Assembly: GCA_051362555.1 (NCBI GenBank)
Contig: CM120640.1
Location: 42,324,788-42,388,787 of the forward strand
DNA: 64,000 nt
Direction: 5' to 3'
Source of the DNA: Lingula anatina
Taxonomy: Eukaryota > Animalia > Brachiopoda
The notes beneath the pieces are model-generated. The model was not told where the DNA came from. It saw nothing but the letters and a program-made list of their open reading frames with translations, and did no database searches. The position numbers and the translations under genes were made by a program. Below, piece by piece: positions 10,775 through 25,200 of the stretch; position 1 is the first letter of the stretch; each line of letters starts with the position of its first letter.

Positions 10775-12943
10775 AGGAAGACTTGAAAGAGCACTTTCAT
10801 CTACTTGCAGGAAATGCTCACCGTCTTACGTTTGCATTGCACCACCAAGAAGTGAAAAAAACTTAAAATGTTACGAACATCTTGTACTGGAAGTAAAAAT
10901 TGCAGTGATTGTGACACATTGGTAGGTCCATAAATGCAATTGTGTTTGTTGAGTTGTTCTCGTCGGCATTGTGTTTTCAGTGAAACTGTAGATAGAGATG
11001 AACATCCGAGTTTTTATTTAAAAAAAAGCCTTTGCATAATAATCACCAGCTTAGTTTTGCATTGAAGAAAATTTCTTTACTAATCTTAGAAGTTAACGCA
11101 GTATAATGGATTTTATTGCTTTTGCTTAAACTGTTTATCTTGGGAACAAAAATTACACTTGAGAGAGAATCAATTAGGGAACCAAAATATCGCTCCGTAC
11201 AGTGAAAGATTAAGATGTATTTAGTTTTTCTTCATTCTAACCATGTTATAAACAAGATGGAGCACCATCCACGGAACATTAGACAAACGAGCCAGAGGAA
11301 TTCTTCTGGCAGCCAGTAAAAGTTGGTCCTATCCCTCTTGTGTCCGCTTCAGCAGTTTGTCAATAGACACTGCCGTGCCAAAACTCTCCTCCAGGAAAAG
11401 CACGGGGCCCGCTGCTGGATTTTCTCAGAAAGTACTGGGACCTCAGAGTGGGAAAAATGACTGGTATTAAATCCTAGAGAGAGTTGTCCCTTTCTAAGTA
11501 ATCATCTCTCTGTCATTGCTAAACACATTAAATAATGTACCCAGCCAGTAGCATTGATCCACAAGGAAATCATCTGAAGCCGGAGTGAAGAATTAGTCGG
11601 CCTTGGGGATTGTCTAAAAAGGTCAGGCGAGTATGTGTCGCACTGCGTCCGGCCGCGTTCCCCGCGTGCTCATTTACCAACAAAACAAATGTCTTGTTTG
11701 AAGAATGTTATGTCAATAAACAGACAGAATGCACGTCCTGAGGATCGGAGAAGATTGTCAATTTCTTTTGAGTAATTTACGGCTTGACCTGCCGGATGGC
11801 TCCTCTTGTTCTAGATGTTCTTCTACATCATTAGGCTTTCTAGATTAGAGAAAAGAAATGGATGACACTTCTCCCTCAATGGAGCCAGACATTTTCCTGC
11901 TTCTTAAAGCTGAGGTCACTTGTCTTTGTTCAATAAATGTGCTTCGCCTTTAAAGATGGAAGTATATTTCAACAGACTTGGTATTAGAATTTACTTGTTT
12001 TCATAGTTACTCCATACTCGTTGAATTGAATTGTGTTTGTTAAACGACGAAGTGTAATCTCAAATGTATAATTTTCTTCTTTGACTTCTTTATCTGTGAC
12101 AGAAACTGAAATTTATTTGTGCACATAAGGAATGTTCTGAGAAAATCGGAAATAACATTTTACATTTCAAATTGCTTTAAAATCCTTTTCCGTATATTAT
12201 GCAAAATGTCTTAATCACACGAAGTCCTTTTGTTATTTTTCTTGATGTTGTACTGATCCAACAATATTCAAGCTGATACTATGCATGCCTTCTGAACTAT
12301 CTAAAAAGAAAATATTTATTTTTGTCCATTTGGAATAAAAATAATGAACTTTTAAAGTCAAAATTTTATATTTTTCACATTTGTGGAACAGCTTTAAAAC
12401 ATGTAAGTTAATGGAACAGTAGTTGATAATCGTCTTCAGGACGCACACGCACACACACACACACACTTTTTATATAAGGGCTAAACATTGTGTCTGGTCT
12501 GGACGTCTTTCAGCTGTTTGTCATCAGGCATATAAGGAGTCCGACCCAAGGAAGTCGATTGCTCCTTGTCCGACCATTGACTGGGTACATCTGCTCCAAA
12601 AGCGTGATATTTCTTCCCATGCACATGCAATTCAATCTTCGACACAATACTCTCTGCTAAGACTTATTTCACATTGTATACGAAACAACGTGCGCCGACT
12701 ATTGAGATAGCTTATCACGAAAAACGAATTCTTCAAAATGATCTAGCATAAATTAATAATCGGATCGTCATTTCATTACGGGGTTAAAAGTCTACATTAT
12801 TTTCATAATTTCATTTTTTTTCTAAGGTTTATTGATGACGTTCAACCGAATTTACAGCCAACTTGTATAACATAAATTTGTGTCAATCACTCGCAATAAC
12901 ATTTTTGTTATTTTGAAGTATTTAAAACCAGTTAGCGCTAGCT

Positions 12944-15900
12944 GTTTATTTGAAACTCCTATCACTTAGAAATTTTTAGGGCAGAATCACACGTTTATTT
13001 TTCTGACCAGAACACATGGTAGCAGAAAAGCACTTGCATTGTTTTAAACGATGAAAAAAAGTTGTAGGAAAATATTTTTCCAGCTGGAATTGCAGACAAT
13101 TGATTTCTACATGTTTGCGACCTCATCTTGGCACTTTGAGGTCAGTATGATGGAATAAGAACTCATAAACCAGACTTCAATTTTAAGGGTTTTTGACAAA
13201 TTGATGTTGCGAGTGCTCTCTGTGGATACTTTCTGGTATAATATATAATACAATTCTCTTTGAATTTTTGAATAAGAAAACTTTCTGTTTGTCATACTCT
13301 AAATAATAAACAAAATAAAAATGGCACAGGACACCCATTTTTTCATTCAATTCCCAGAGATTTATTCTCAATCTTTGGTTACAAAATGTATCAGATATGG
13401 CACGGTAACTAGACGTTATAATCTAAAATGGATTGAAATGACATACCTGAACTATATCTTAATATATTTATAAACATATATATAAGTATAATTTCAAATG
13501 AATATGGCTTTAGCCGTCTAGAACAAACCATAAATTATCCATTATCTTAGCTATTTACACCTTATATTGAGAAAAAAAATATCACTATATTATTTGACTT
13601 TTCAGCAGTGATACTACAGTGCTTAAAACAATTTTTGATTATACTCATTGCAAGTAATCATAATTACTTCTAAGGACAGCTGAGACAAAACATTTTTTAA
13701 ACTTCGCATAACCTATGTTTATGCAGCAAACAGCACTTAATAATCTTCAGTTTATGACAAACACTCGTGGCGGGCAGTGATAGAACTGCTCTTTAAAATA
13801 TTAACTTATTAGTCCAAAGAGGTAGTCAAACAGAACATTCACACATTCAATGGTTGCTACAATAAAGAACTTGGTAGAAAAATGCCTTCAGGCCCTGATT
13901 TATTTATCTTTGGTTTCAAGTGAATTTATCACAAAAATTTGCTCTATTTTCAACCTAAATTTACACAATCTATAGGAGTCAAAACTCTGTAATGGTCATT
14001 ATACATATAAACATTATTTTTTTACTACATGTAGTTAATATGAATGTTACCAGGATATACTGAACAAGATACACAACCTATACATTTGGTTGTACTTATT
14101 AAGGCTGTCTCCACAAGAATACTGTCACTTTCTTACTACACATTTGATCATACAGTTCTTTAACTATTTGAAAATCAAGAATGCAATATCTCCAACACAA
14201 TATTAACCATGGTTGTCAATAAATTCTCGCACCTTATGTTCATATCTGAAAATGGACACATATGAGTATATTCCTAATAACATCTTTGGTATAGCAGCAG
14301 TTTCTTTGGTGTGTTTGTTGCAAAAGAACAATATTTGGCAGATATTTTTATGACAGCAACCTTCCACTTCAGTCATCTGTTTTTTTTTTTTTTCAAAGTG
14401 AACCAATGTTATAACATTTTTTCTTTACAATTTACAACACATATCAAGAAATCAAAATACAAATGTGGAGGTTCAGTAATTCTGAGATCTTCCTATGTGT
14501 GCCAACCATAAATTATCACCTGCATGGTTGACCACATAAAACAAAGGCAAAAATCAATCACTGCACTTAATTAAAAACCTCCCGTCACTTTTCCCTTCAT
14601 CAGCTCCTTTGTCTCAAATCCTAATAAGTATAACAAGACCTGACAATATCAAACAAATCTCTCTAGCATTATTATTACACTTCACACTGAATTCAATGAC
14701 AATGTGTACTGGTACAGCATTTTGTGTCCGCATTTTAAAATATTCATTTTTAACGCACATACAAAAAGCATTAATCTCCATTGACTCTATTCCACTCATG
14801 CTGTCACTGAGGCCCACAGCTGACTAGATAGCTATGCCCTACTAGAAAGCTTTGTCCCTCAGTCAAATCCCCCCAAACAAATGGACTGAAGTCCTCCAGT
14901 ATGTGAAACAAACACAGCAGAAAAATCACATTAAACTAATTTCCCATCCATTCGGTTGACATCACAATTTTCTTAGCACTTCACACATAATGAAGCATGC
15001 ACTTCTTTACCTTGGAGTATCAATCCAGGCATGCATGGGTGACAAGCTAGAAAATCACAACACAAATTTGGATTCCATGTCACGTCTTGAGTCATTTACA
15101 TAATCTATTAACAACTTGACTAACATGTACGGGGTTTCCCGTCTTAAGTAAACACAGCACCAGTAGATATGCATTAAAATCATGAAGACATTGATGATGA
15201 TAAAAAATCATAAATACTTGCTTCATTGACTTAAAACAATATTTCTAACAAGTTCCTTTATCTGTTGAATATAAACATGTAAAACAAAGAGCAAAAAATA
15301 GTAGCACTCAATGAGACAGATCAACAAAAGTTGGGGACTTTGGCACATGTGACATAATATACACAGGGCAATACTAGGGTTGTTAGCAGCAAAATGTGAT
15401 ATGGCATCTCACATCAGCTGACAGTGACATTATTTAGTCTAGGACTTCTCTACTGTTTCAAATATATCCTATATCCTCTACTGTAACTAACAAATTTAGC
15501 ACCATGGTAACTTTATGTGAAATCCATTTTAATCACAAATGAGATCAAGTTTGGGGGGGGGGGGGGGGGGAGGGGGGAGAGTTATTGGGAGGGAATCAAT
15601 GTGTCACTTATCTATTTATATTTCCCATTTTCTATCCTATATCTCCAGGCAGACATCTCACATTTGTTGTTTTATAAATACTGCTCAAGCAATCTGATAT
15701 TTTGTGTTCACCAAATCTAATATGTTTTCAGTCCTAATAGTTTTAAGCTCAGTTTGTGCAATGGATTTCACACTACCAGTTGACAGCATATACAACACAG
15801 CAGCTTCAGCAGGAAAACTATTAAGATATATCAAAATGATCTATGCTACAAATGATATGAGAAAACAGCTACATGTTAATTCACAGATATAGTGATAACC

Positions 15901-16229
15901 CTACTGACTAGAGATTCACAGATTGTCACAAGAGTAAGTTTGTACACTGTGTAAATTCATAATTAATCTATCATAAATAATAACAATACATCATTCTTTT
16001 ATCAGATTAAAATGATTGTGCAAAAAAACAACTTTAAATTGCAGATTATCTTGGCACCATTACTTCACTTTTCACATAAATATTAATGATCTAAATAATA
16101 GAAATAATAATAAACTCTTAAAAGATAAAAGTGATCTATAAATAAGATTCAAAATAATCCTATACAGCATGTCTGCAAACAAAATAAACTGCATAAAATA
16201 TGTACACAATGTTCTAGGCTGGAAGAAGC
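12944..16229 (-). other. Probable long 3' UTR of basonuclin
   Basis: Follows the stop at 16230; minus-strand AATAAA at 12999-12994 and 12949-12944; U-rich on the mRNA strand; many miRNA seed matches and a Pumilio element (TGTACATA, 16206-16199). Confidence 0.6.
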
Positions 16230-19200
16230 TTAATGGCCATTTGTTTTGGTGGGCGATAAATGGCGGTGAAGATTCTCATTTTGGCTGTGGCGATTACGAC
16301 TTTTCCTCGTAGAAAAAATTTTATCGCAGCCTCCAATTGTACACTTGAACATCTCTCGTGGGTGGACCTTCTCATAATGTTCTTTTAGGATGAGATTATC
16401 GCGGAAGCGCTCCTTACAAATGTGACAACGTACGCTACCATCAGGATCTGGTGATGGTGGACTCATGACATGGTTGGGCGACTTGCCATCATTGGAAGAG
16501 TAAGAGTGATCCGATTGTTTCCCATTCATATCAGCATTATTTCCCTTCAAGTGGTCACGCAACATGTATGCACTACCACCATTTTCAGCAGTGATGTCAT
16601 CTTTAAGTTCTCCATTTTTCTGGGTATTGGTATGGTTTTCATAAATATGATTAAGAAATTCTTCCCTCAAACTTAAAGCATTTTCATCATTATCCAGCTC
16701 CACTTCAGCAGATGTAGACAGCAGTTTACGATGCAGATTCAGGTTGGCACTATGTCGATCTCGGCTCCTCTTAGAAGGAAACGCAGCATTACAGCCCTCT
16801 ACAGTACAGGTATGCATCAGCTTGAGATGCACATTCTGGTAGTGGGTCTTGACTGAGAAATGATTCTGGAAGATCTTTCCACAGGCAGCACATTTACGAG
16901 GATTATCTTTGTCAATGATGTCCTCCAGGTTCATGTTGTCATCAGCACTGATGTGTCCGTCCATGGGACTGTGGGGGTCATTGGAGGTGAATGACAGGTC
17001 TGACTCCTGTTCTGATACATTCCCCGGATCCTCTCCTCCCTCCTCCTCTTCCTCATCATTCACACTGTCATCTAAAAAATGGACAGTATCACCAGTTTCC
17101 GAGGTAGTAGAGGCAGTTGTGGATTGCTTATCATATTCACTAGTTGATTTTTCATCTGATTTTTCATCTGAAGTTTGCACATTACGCCCAGCAGTAATTC
17201 CCTCATCTTGACCCTTTTCCTGCTGAAAACTATTGTTGTTGGAACCCCTGTGGTCTTCATAGGCATCATTCCTGGGTTCCTGCTTTACTTGGATTGTGCC
17301 TAAAGGGCTGGAAGGGTCTGCAATGTCTTGAGATTCATCAGAGTTTTTTTCATTTCCAGCAATTGTTTTCCTCTTAGAAAAAGAACCATGGGCCTGATTA
17401 TCATCACCCATACGGTGATTTCTCTCCTCTTCCTCTTCCTCATTCATTTCATCATTAGAGTTATCATTATCATCACTCATGACAAAAGTGTCCTCTGTGG
17501 GCTGAGCACAGCGTGTTGGCACATTACTTTTGCGTCTGTTGATTCTTGTGGTACTTGTCACAACAGGAGAGGGGAACACAGCTCCCTCATTAGAAGATAC
17601 CTCATCCTCCTCCTCTTCTTCTTCTTTCAAACGAGGTTTCTTTGATTGGGGTGGCAGTAAAGAAAGTCGATTGTTAGCATCCACATAGTAGGCCTGGTCC
17701 CCAGAACTCAGGTCCTGGGGAATGCCATCAGAGTTTTTTGACCCGTCAGGTGTTGAAGGTGTGAAATCAGAACCATAAAGGAGAGGAGGGGGATTGAGAG
17801 GTAGTGACTGTGGTGAATCCATCATGCCCCCGCTGGAGACTTCATCCAGGACAACAGCACCCTCTGGCATCTTGCGAGGCTTCTGTGGCATGTGGAGTTT
17901 TGGGTTGGGGTTTGCACTGTGACGATTGCGACTGCGACGTGAACTGAACATCATATTGCACCCGTCCACAGTGCACTTGTGCATTTCCTTCAGATGCACT
18001 GCACTGTAGTGAATCTTCAGAGCACCTTTATCACAGAAAGTCTTATTGCACGCTGTGCACAGGACACGCTTCTTGCCACTTGGGGAGATCAGCGTGCCAC
18101 CATAACCTTGTGTGGGTGCCCAGTTACGTTTCATGGGGTTAGCAGATTTGCGCAGGTGTCGGACTTTGCGATCTGAATACACAGAAGAAGATGTGTTGGG
18201 ACTGCTGTCTCTAGACTTCATGGAGTAATTGATTGCACTCTCTGCCTCCACCTCCTGTTTAGGCTGGAAGGCAGCCTGAACAGCCAGGGGCACCTGTAGA
18301 GGTGTGGAGGTGACCAGCATACTACCCTGGATCATCTGTTGGATAGGTGTAAGCTGGGGTGGAGTCAGCTGCTGAGGTGGGGGAGGTTTCACTGGGCTAG
18401 TTGTCAGAGCTAGAGGCTCAGCAGGTGGGCTGGGGTGACGTTCTGGCAGACTAGCAGGTCGCCTCTCCGCCTTCTCTGGTGTTTCTGAGGTAGAGGCTGT
18501 GACTGCTGATGATGGAGGGTGGCGTTCTTTGCGGTAGTCATAGGGCTGCATGGTCTGCAGCCGGCCCAGTGGAGAACTAGACTCGGGGCTTGTGGCTTGA
18601 GGAGGGATGCTGCTGGGGCGACTGAATCCCCCTACACTACTATTGGGTGAGTGACTCTGCTGTAAGGTCTGTGGGCTCATCATACGTGTTGGAGGAAATG
18701 CAGGCATCGAGTATCCCATAGTGCCCCACAGGTGCCTTCTTTGTGCATCCAAAGTCCGCATATAACTCTGCACCACAGCACTGCCTGTTCTTTCTATGAA
18801 CTTTTTGATTTCAGACTCAGTCTTTGGTGGAAGCGCATAAAAGTCCCCGCGGTCTTTACTGTCCTGTAGGATGATTTCCTGAGCAATAGCACGGGTTTCC
18901 CCAAACCGTAAAAACTGCTGAAGTATCACTTGCTCCTCCTCTCTGGTAGAGATGGTCCACTTGTCAAGAACATGGCCATTTGGATCCTGAAAATAATAAG
19001 AAAGAGAATTTTTTTAAAAATTCTACCTGCACATCTTAGGTCCTACTGTTCACTCAATTTATTAAGTAATGACAAATAATTTGTTAAAGTCAAAATTGTC
19101 TTTTGTTTATTAGAATCGTTCATTGCCTTGATTCAGTATAATAAATACAGGTATTGTATCAAACCAAACTGCAACAAATAGACCATGCAAGAAGGCCTGC

Positions 19201-22200
19201 CATGTAAAAAAAATCACACGGATTAAGCAGAATTGGTTAGCAGGCCCTTGATGGTACCCCACTGACAAAATACACCAAATAGCAAACATTCAACTTAAAT
19301 CAACTAATAAAATATATGATTAGCATCCATTGATACATATTATATTTCCTGGTCAAGTGCATGTCCAGTTGTGGCAGGTATATCAAAACATAAAAGCTAT
19401 ACTCACTATGGGTATCTGACTGAGCCCTGCATCTGTACTAGGTTGAATTGGCTGAATTGATAAAAACACAAATATCAACATTCCTATCCCTGGTCAAGGG
19501 AAATCGAAGAAAAAAAAAACATTTAAAATTTAAAGAGAAATTTGAGTTAGAGGAAGAAGTGAGCACTGGACCAGGATATATATATATTACTGTGCAATTA
19601 CATCTATGTTTTATCTATGACATTCAGGTGGGGATTTTACTTCTCATAGTCACAAATCACATTCTACAACACACTAGAAAAGAAAATAACATCACACTAC
19701 CAAAGAGGTGGGGAATAAATAAATATTACAAAAGGTATAAAGTATGTGACAAGCATGCATAAAGAAATACAAAACAGATTGCAAAATTATTTGCTAAAAA
19801 TATAAGGCGCCATATTTTTTAAAAATATTTCTCTTAGGGTATAATCAGACCCCCTTCCTTCCTATGGCAAATGATAAGTAAGCTGTCCTTAATAACAAGA
19901 ATGCAAGCATAGGCAATTAAAATTTTCATAGCCAATGAACTTACAATGGAGATTTTTTAGGAATTCAAAATACAGCTCCAAATCAGACCAAAAGTAATAA
20001 GTGCTTGCCCACCTGTAAAATGTATCCTCGCGCATAGTCTTCATAAGACCAGCCGAACCCATGTAGCACCTGCAGTACCTCCTCATGTTGCAGTACACTG
20101 AAGAGCCTATCCAGTAGTATCTTGAGTCTTATGGGTGTGGCCTGAGCCCCATACAGCAGGAGGCTAGCTATGTCAAATACTATATTGGGCTGAACCATCT
20201 CCACCTGCATACCAAGATGATAGGCGTGGCGGTAGCCAAGTTTGTCCAGGGCTAAAATGATACAATATTGTTACGATATAATTACACATTGAAAAAGTGC
20301 ACTTATTTCTTTTTTCATTTTTTTCGAGATGTGTCATTATAAGCATTTCAAATGATAAAATTGCCAAGCTTCATTAGCATTTATTTAGTGAATGAAAACA
20401 AGTAGAATAAAAATTCATCTTCCACAAAAGGGAATTGTTTCTGATACAAAAAAGCCAAACAACAAAACAAATTAATAAATAAATAACAATAATAAAAAAA
20501 TTATCTGCCAGTTTAACTATAATAAAAATAAAAATCCTAATGTAAAATATTGATGATCGCATATCCTTAATGTTAAAGAAGAATCACCCTTTACTACAAT
20601 TGATTTATGTTCTCCTTAATGTGATATTTCTTTTTAACAATACCACAGAGAAATGTTTATTTCTTTAAGTAGCTTTATCTAAATCATGACATCTTTATGC
20701 ACTGCTAATGCTTTTTTTCCTCTTGAAACAGTCACAGAATACGTACACCACAAGATATCAAACGTTAGAGTCGTGACTCAAAAATTACAGTGCCCTTTGC
20801 TTTTGATTTTGCTCTGTAGGCTGATACTGAAAAACACTTGTCTGGAAGGGTAATCTAAGAAATTCAAGCCAGTCCAGTTCCTCAGTCGCAGTGTCATTTG
20901 TGTAGTACAAAGGCATTCCAGCGAACAACTCAAACAAAGACAATATTTCATATGTGTGCAACAGCTGTGAAACTCTCAAGTGCATTAGCCGCAGGCTTTG
21001 CTACAAGAATGCAGCCAACCTATTACAAGTAATTGTCAAACCCTTGCTGCAGTCCAAGTGGCACAAACACCACAAAAAAACGTCATTGTGCTTCACATCT
21101 TGTGAAACAAAATGCACATCTATTTGCTATAATACATTAACTTAGCAAGGACTGCTGGTATTATATTGCTATTTCAAGTAGCAGGAGACACCAGTAGTGT
21201 TGACACAAAAAAATCAGATCTGCCTGGGAACAATGTCTCCTACCACGTTCAGTTTTTTTTCTAATAAACAAATAAATAAATAAAATTGAAAATTAAAGGT
21301 AAATAAATGACACTCAAGTTTTAATTTCCAGAAATAGATGTAGTTATTAAACTATTTAACTCCTCTGTATACACCCTCCTTACACTTGTCTTATCTTGAC
21401 TACTAAATTCAGAAATTATTATTATTATTTTTTTCTTGGGGAGGGGGGGGGGAGAAGGCAGGGCACAATGTTGCATCCATCAAAGTGTTTAATTAATGTT
21501 ATCAAGATTAACACTTTCTTAGCTTGAGCTTTTACCAGTTCTCAAACCTCTGTCAATATCTTCTGATGTCTTAAAACAATGCATACTTTACTTTTTTCTT
21601 TTTCAGGTATACAAAAAATAATATGTTGTCACCTAATGTTTGGATCTTATATCAAATAATTATATATAATATATATATATATTCTTCATTGCCCTATATT
21701 GATTGTTGGGGATAGACTAATGTATAACTTTTTCCTCTCACCACTCAAAACAGAAAATAAATATTCTATAAAATTCTGTCAGGAGTAAAAAAAAAAAAAA
21801 CAATTACAAAATCACTTTCCTGTGGTTTTGTATCAAAATCCAGCACAGAACAGTATATTCTATACTTCAACCTTTCCCTTTGGGCTTTTTTCTCTTGGTG
21901 GCAGCAAGTGCACCCAACACAGCAGAGAACAATCCCACTTGACATGTGGTTCAAATGACAAGTCAGATTGGAATCAGGCAGAGACAACTGGCTCTGTGTG
22001 TTTCTTGTCAGCTTGAGAATGCTACTCTGGCTGGAACATCAACAGCTTCAAAACACAACACATATGTGGAGCACAGTTATACACTCGTCAGCACACTGTG
22101 CCCGAAATCAAATGCAATACATTTGTCAACTGAATGTTAAAGTTTCATCTTGTACTTACAATACCTGTGTCACACCATCAATAAAACAAACAATCGTGTT

Positions 22201-25200
22201 TTCTTTAACACCCTTACCCAATGTATCCCATGTGAAAATATCATGATCATAATACAAGTAACAAAACTGAAGATGTTCCCATCTGTTTCTTTTGATACTG
22301 CATACATTTTGCAAGCAGATGATGTAAGGAATATTTTTGAACATAAATATCACTAGAAAACAAAGGAGGGGATATGATCAACTGGCTGATACAGAGTAGA
22401 TGTTTATCTTGTCAACAGTTACACAATGGGGCCTTTGGATATTTATCCAGCCCCTGTGTGGGTCTTCAATATTATAAGAAAGGTCTAGGTTTTTTCTTTA
22501 TCTAATTATCATGTGGATACCCATATTTTCAGATAGAAATGACTCATGTTCAAATTTGAAAGAAGTTTTTCTAAAACCCAAGACAATTTATATCCTTACA
22601 AAAAAAAAAAATTATACTCAGACATAAGTTTTATCACTGCTGCTCTCAAATATGACAATTTCACAATGTTAGCTTGCCAAAATATTGCTTTAGGTCTTTT
22701 TTATTGAAGATTAAGTTGATAGTCAACAGCCAGTGTCGCTGATATCTGCTTCACCTCTATCAGTATAAAAGCCAGCATTCAAGTTGGACAGATCTGTGTT
22801 TTTCAAGCTTATAGCCTCTTACAGTGCTTTTGTCAACTGAGGGTCATATCTCACAGCATGTCATGTTAGAGCATTGATCCAGCTCCACCTAGTGTGAATG
22901 GGACAATCAACTGAACAAGTCCATGTGCTCTTTTAACAGTGGTGGGAGGATCTGATCACAAATTGCTCCTTTTCAGTGCATGAACGTCCTTCTATTAAGT
23001 ACCTTATACATTCTGTTGTATCTAGGGACACAGATAATGAGAGAAATTATGTGATGACAGTGCACTTGTTTATTCTTCATTACAAAAGAAATACGTGAGT
23101 AGAATTGGAAATATTATTAGAAAGGAATAAAGTGAAGATAAAATGTGACAACATAATTTGCTAAATGATAAATAGTGGTGTTTCACCCAGGTTAAGTCAT
23201 TATATTAGTCATACATGTACAAATTAATTAACTGCATATTATTCCTCCCTATAATCATGTCATATTTTCCCTCCCTCAGAGAGGGGCTCTGTTCAGGCAA
23301 CAGAATGGCACATAAAGAATGGTTTCTCCAGATACATGAACGCAGCTGTCGTGCAATGCTCAAACAGCCCCCATATTGTCATGGGAACCAATTGTCATCA
23401 AGATCCTGTCCCTGGGTGTGCACGCGACATTAACTTCCTGAAAAATCAATCTAACCCCAAGACAATCACTTGATGGTAAATACAGCTGAAATGCACTTTA
23501 ACTACTACTCAGTACCTCTATCAGTCTTGTGACCAATAATGTTATTACTTTTTCAGATGTGACTAATATCTGCCCTACATGCTTTGACATTTTCACCAGA
23601 TTACATTTCATATGCCATGTTGTGTTCATTACGTGCCCAGTCACGCCTTTCTTTCCGTGCAGTAAAAGCTGTCACATCTGAAACAATACCACTGTATCTG
23701 TCCTTTGTGTGCAAGAAAAATAAACAGAAATGTCGCTTATTTAATGCAACAGTCTGATAAGTGCACTGATTGTGTGACAGACAACCTTGGTACAAATCGC
23801 TTTAATTAAAGCTCCCCACTCACCGGGGAATTGATATCAAATCAACAGCATCCAGCCTTCTGTGCATTCCAGGAGAGAAACCCTTTTGTGATCTTTTTGT
23901 TTGTCTACTGTGTTGGGAAAAATCCAATACTGTCATTATCTCCATGCGTCTTTTAAGAAATGCCATTGCAGATCTCGCAGCCACACTGGCAAAGAGTCCT
24001 GCTGGGCCATGATAAGGACAACAGTCCTAACAGTTTCACCATACTGCCTTACTGCTTGATGTCGACTGATAAACAGATTTTTCTAAGGATGGTATCATGT
24101 CTCTAGGACTTGCTGCAAGGGACTTGGATGTACTGTGATCTTTTTTTTTCTTTTTTTTCTACTTTTTTATGGGGGGGGGGGCATTCAACATGATATGATT
24201 GTCTACATTGTCTCTAAAAACACAACTTTATTTATGGGCATAATGTTTATCTTAAATCACTTTGATGGGACAAGTGTGTACCCTTTTGTGAAAAAAAGAA
24301 AAAAGCACTTTAGTCCTTTTTGACATCCAACAAGTGCCAAAGTGCAGATCATCATCTTACTTAATCACTTATTTTTCAGGAACATCGCTTATTTTTCAGG
24401 CTGCTAACATTTTTCCCAGGGTACAAAAATTTTGATAATTCACCACAAGGAGGACAACAAGCTTCATTACTTAAGGAGGAATTTTATCACATTGTGCTGA
24501 AATGATTGGTTTATTGTACAGACACTGTCAAAACTCACTAGGCTGATTTTATTCTTGAAACTGCCAATGTGGTTCTCTTCTTGTGAGAGCACTTCTACAG
24601 CTTTAAAAACAAATAGAACATTAAACAATGATACTTCACTCTAAAAGGACAGAATGAAATAAACAACAAATAACATTAAAAAAACTGCTTCGCTTTTTAT
24701 AATTTTAAGAAGTGTCCTCAAAAACTGATGCCAGATGGACATATAGAAACAGAACAGATAGCAGCCAGAATGTCCACAGGAGTCGTGGGTGAATCTAGAT
24801 CTATATAGTTGGGTGAAAATAGAGATGCTTCAAAGATCACACATATTAAATCAATTGAACCCTTTGCCTTGTTACAGCCAATGAGCAAGGAGCCAGTGAA
24901 CTGCGTAAAATGTTTGTTTCAAGTTTAATTTTCTAAAAGACTGCAGATGTTCTTAAATATTATGAATTTTCTCTTGAGATCAATAATCAAAAGTCATCAG
25001 TGACAGTTGGTCTGCCAAAGTTCATTGTCCTGAATCCTTAAACTACAAGGGCAGCATCATCCCCCCAACAAAAATAAAAACAAGGGCAGGAGACAGCTGT
25101 ATAAATTGCATCTTCTACAAAGACAGAAAACACCTGAATACCAGTACAATAGCTGCTAAATTTCAATGCAGAATGTCATGTCAAATTTGGGATGGGTAAA

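Noticed and set aside
16470-18176. Plus-strand and alternative-frame ORFs over the basonuclin last exon
   Set aside because: Shadow frames of a real coding exon.
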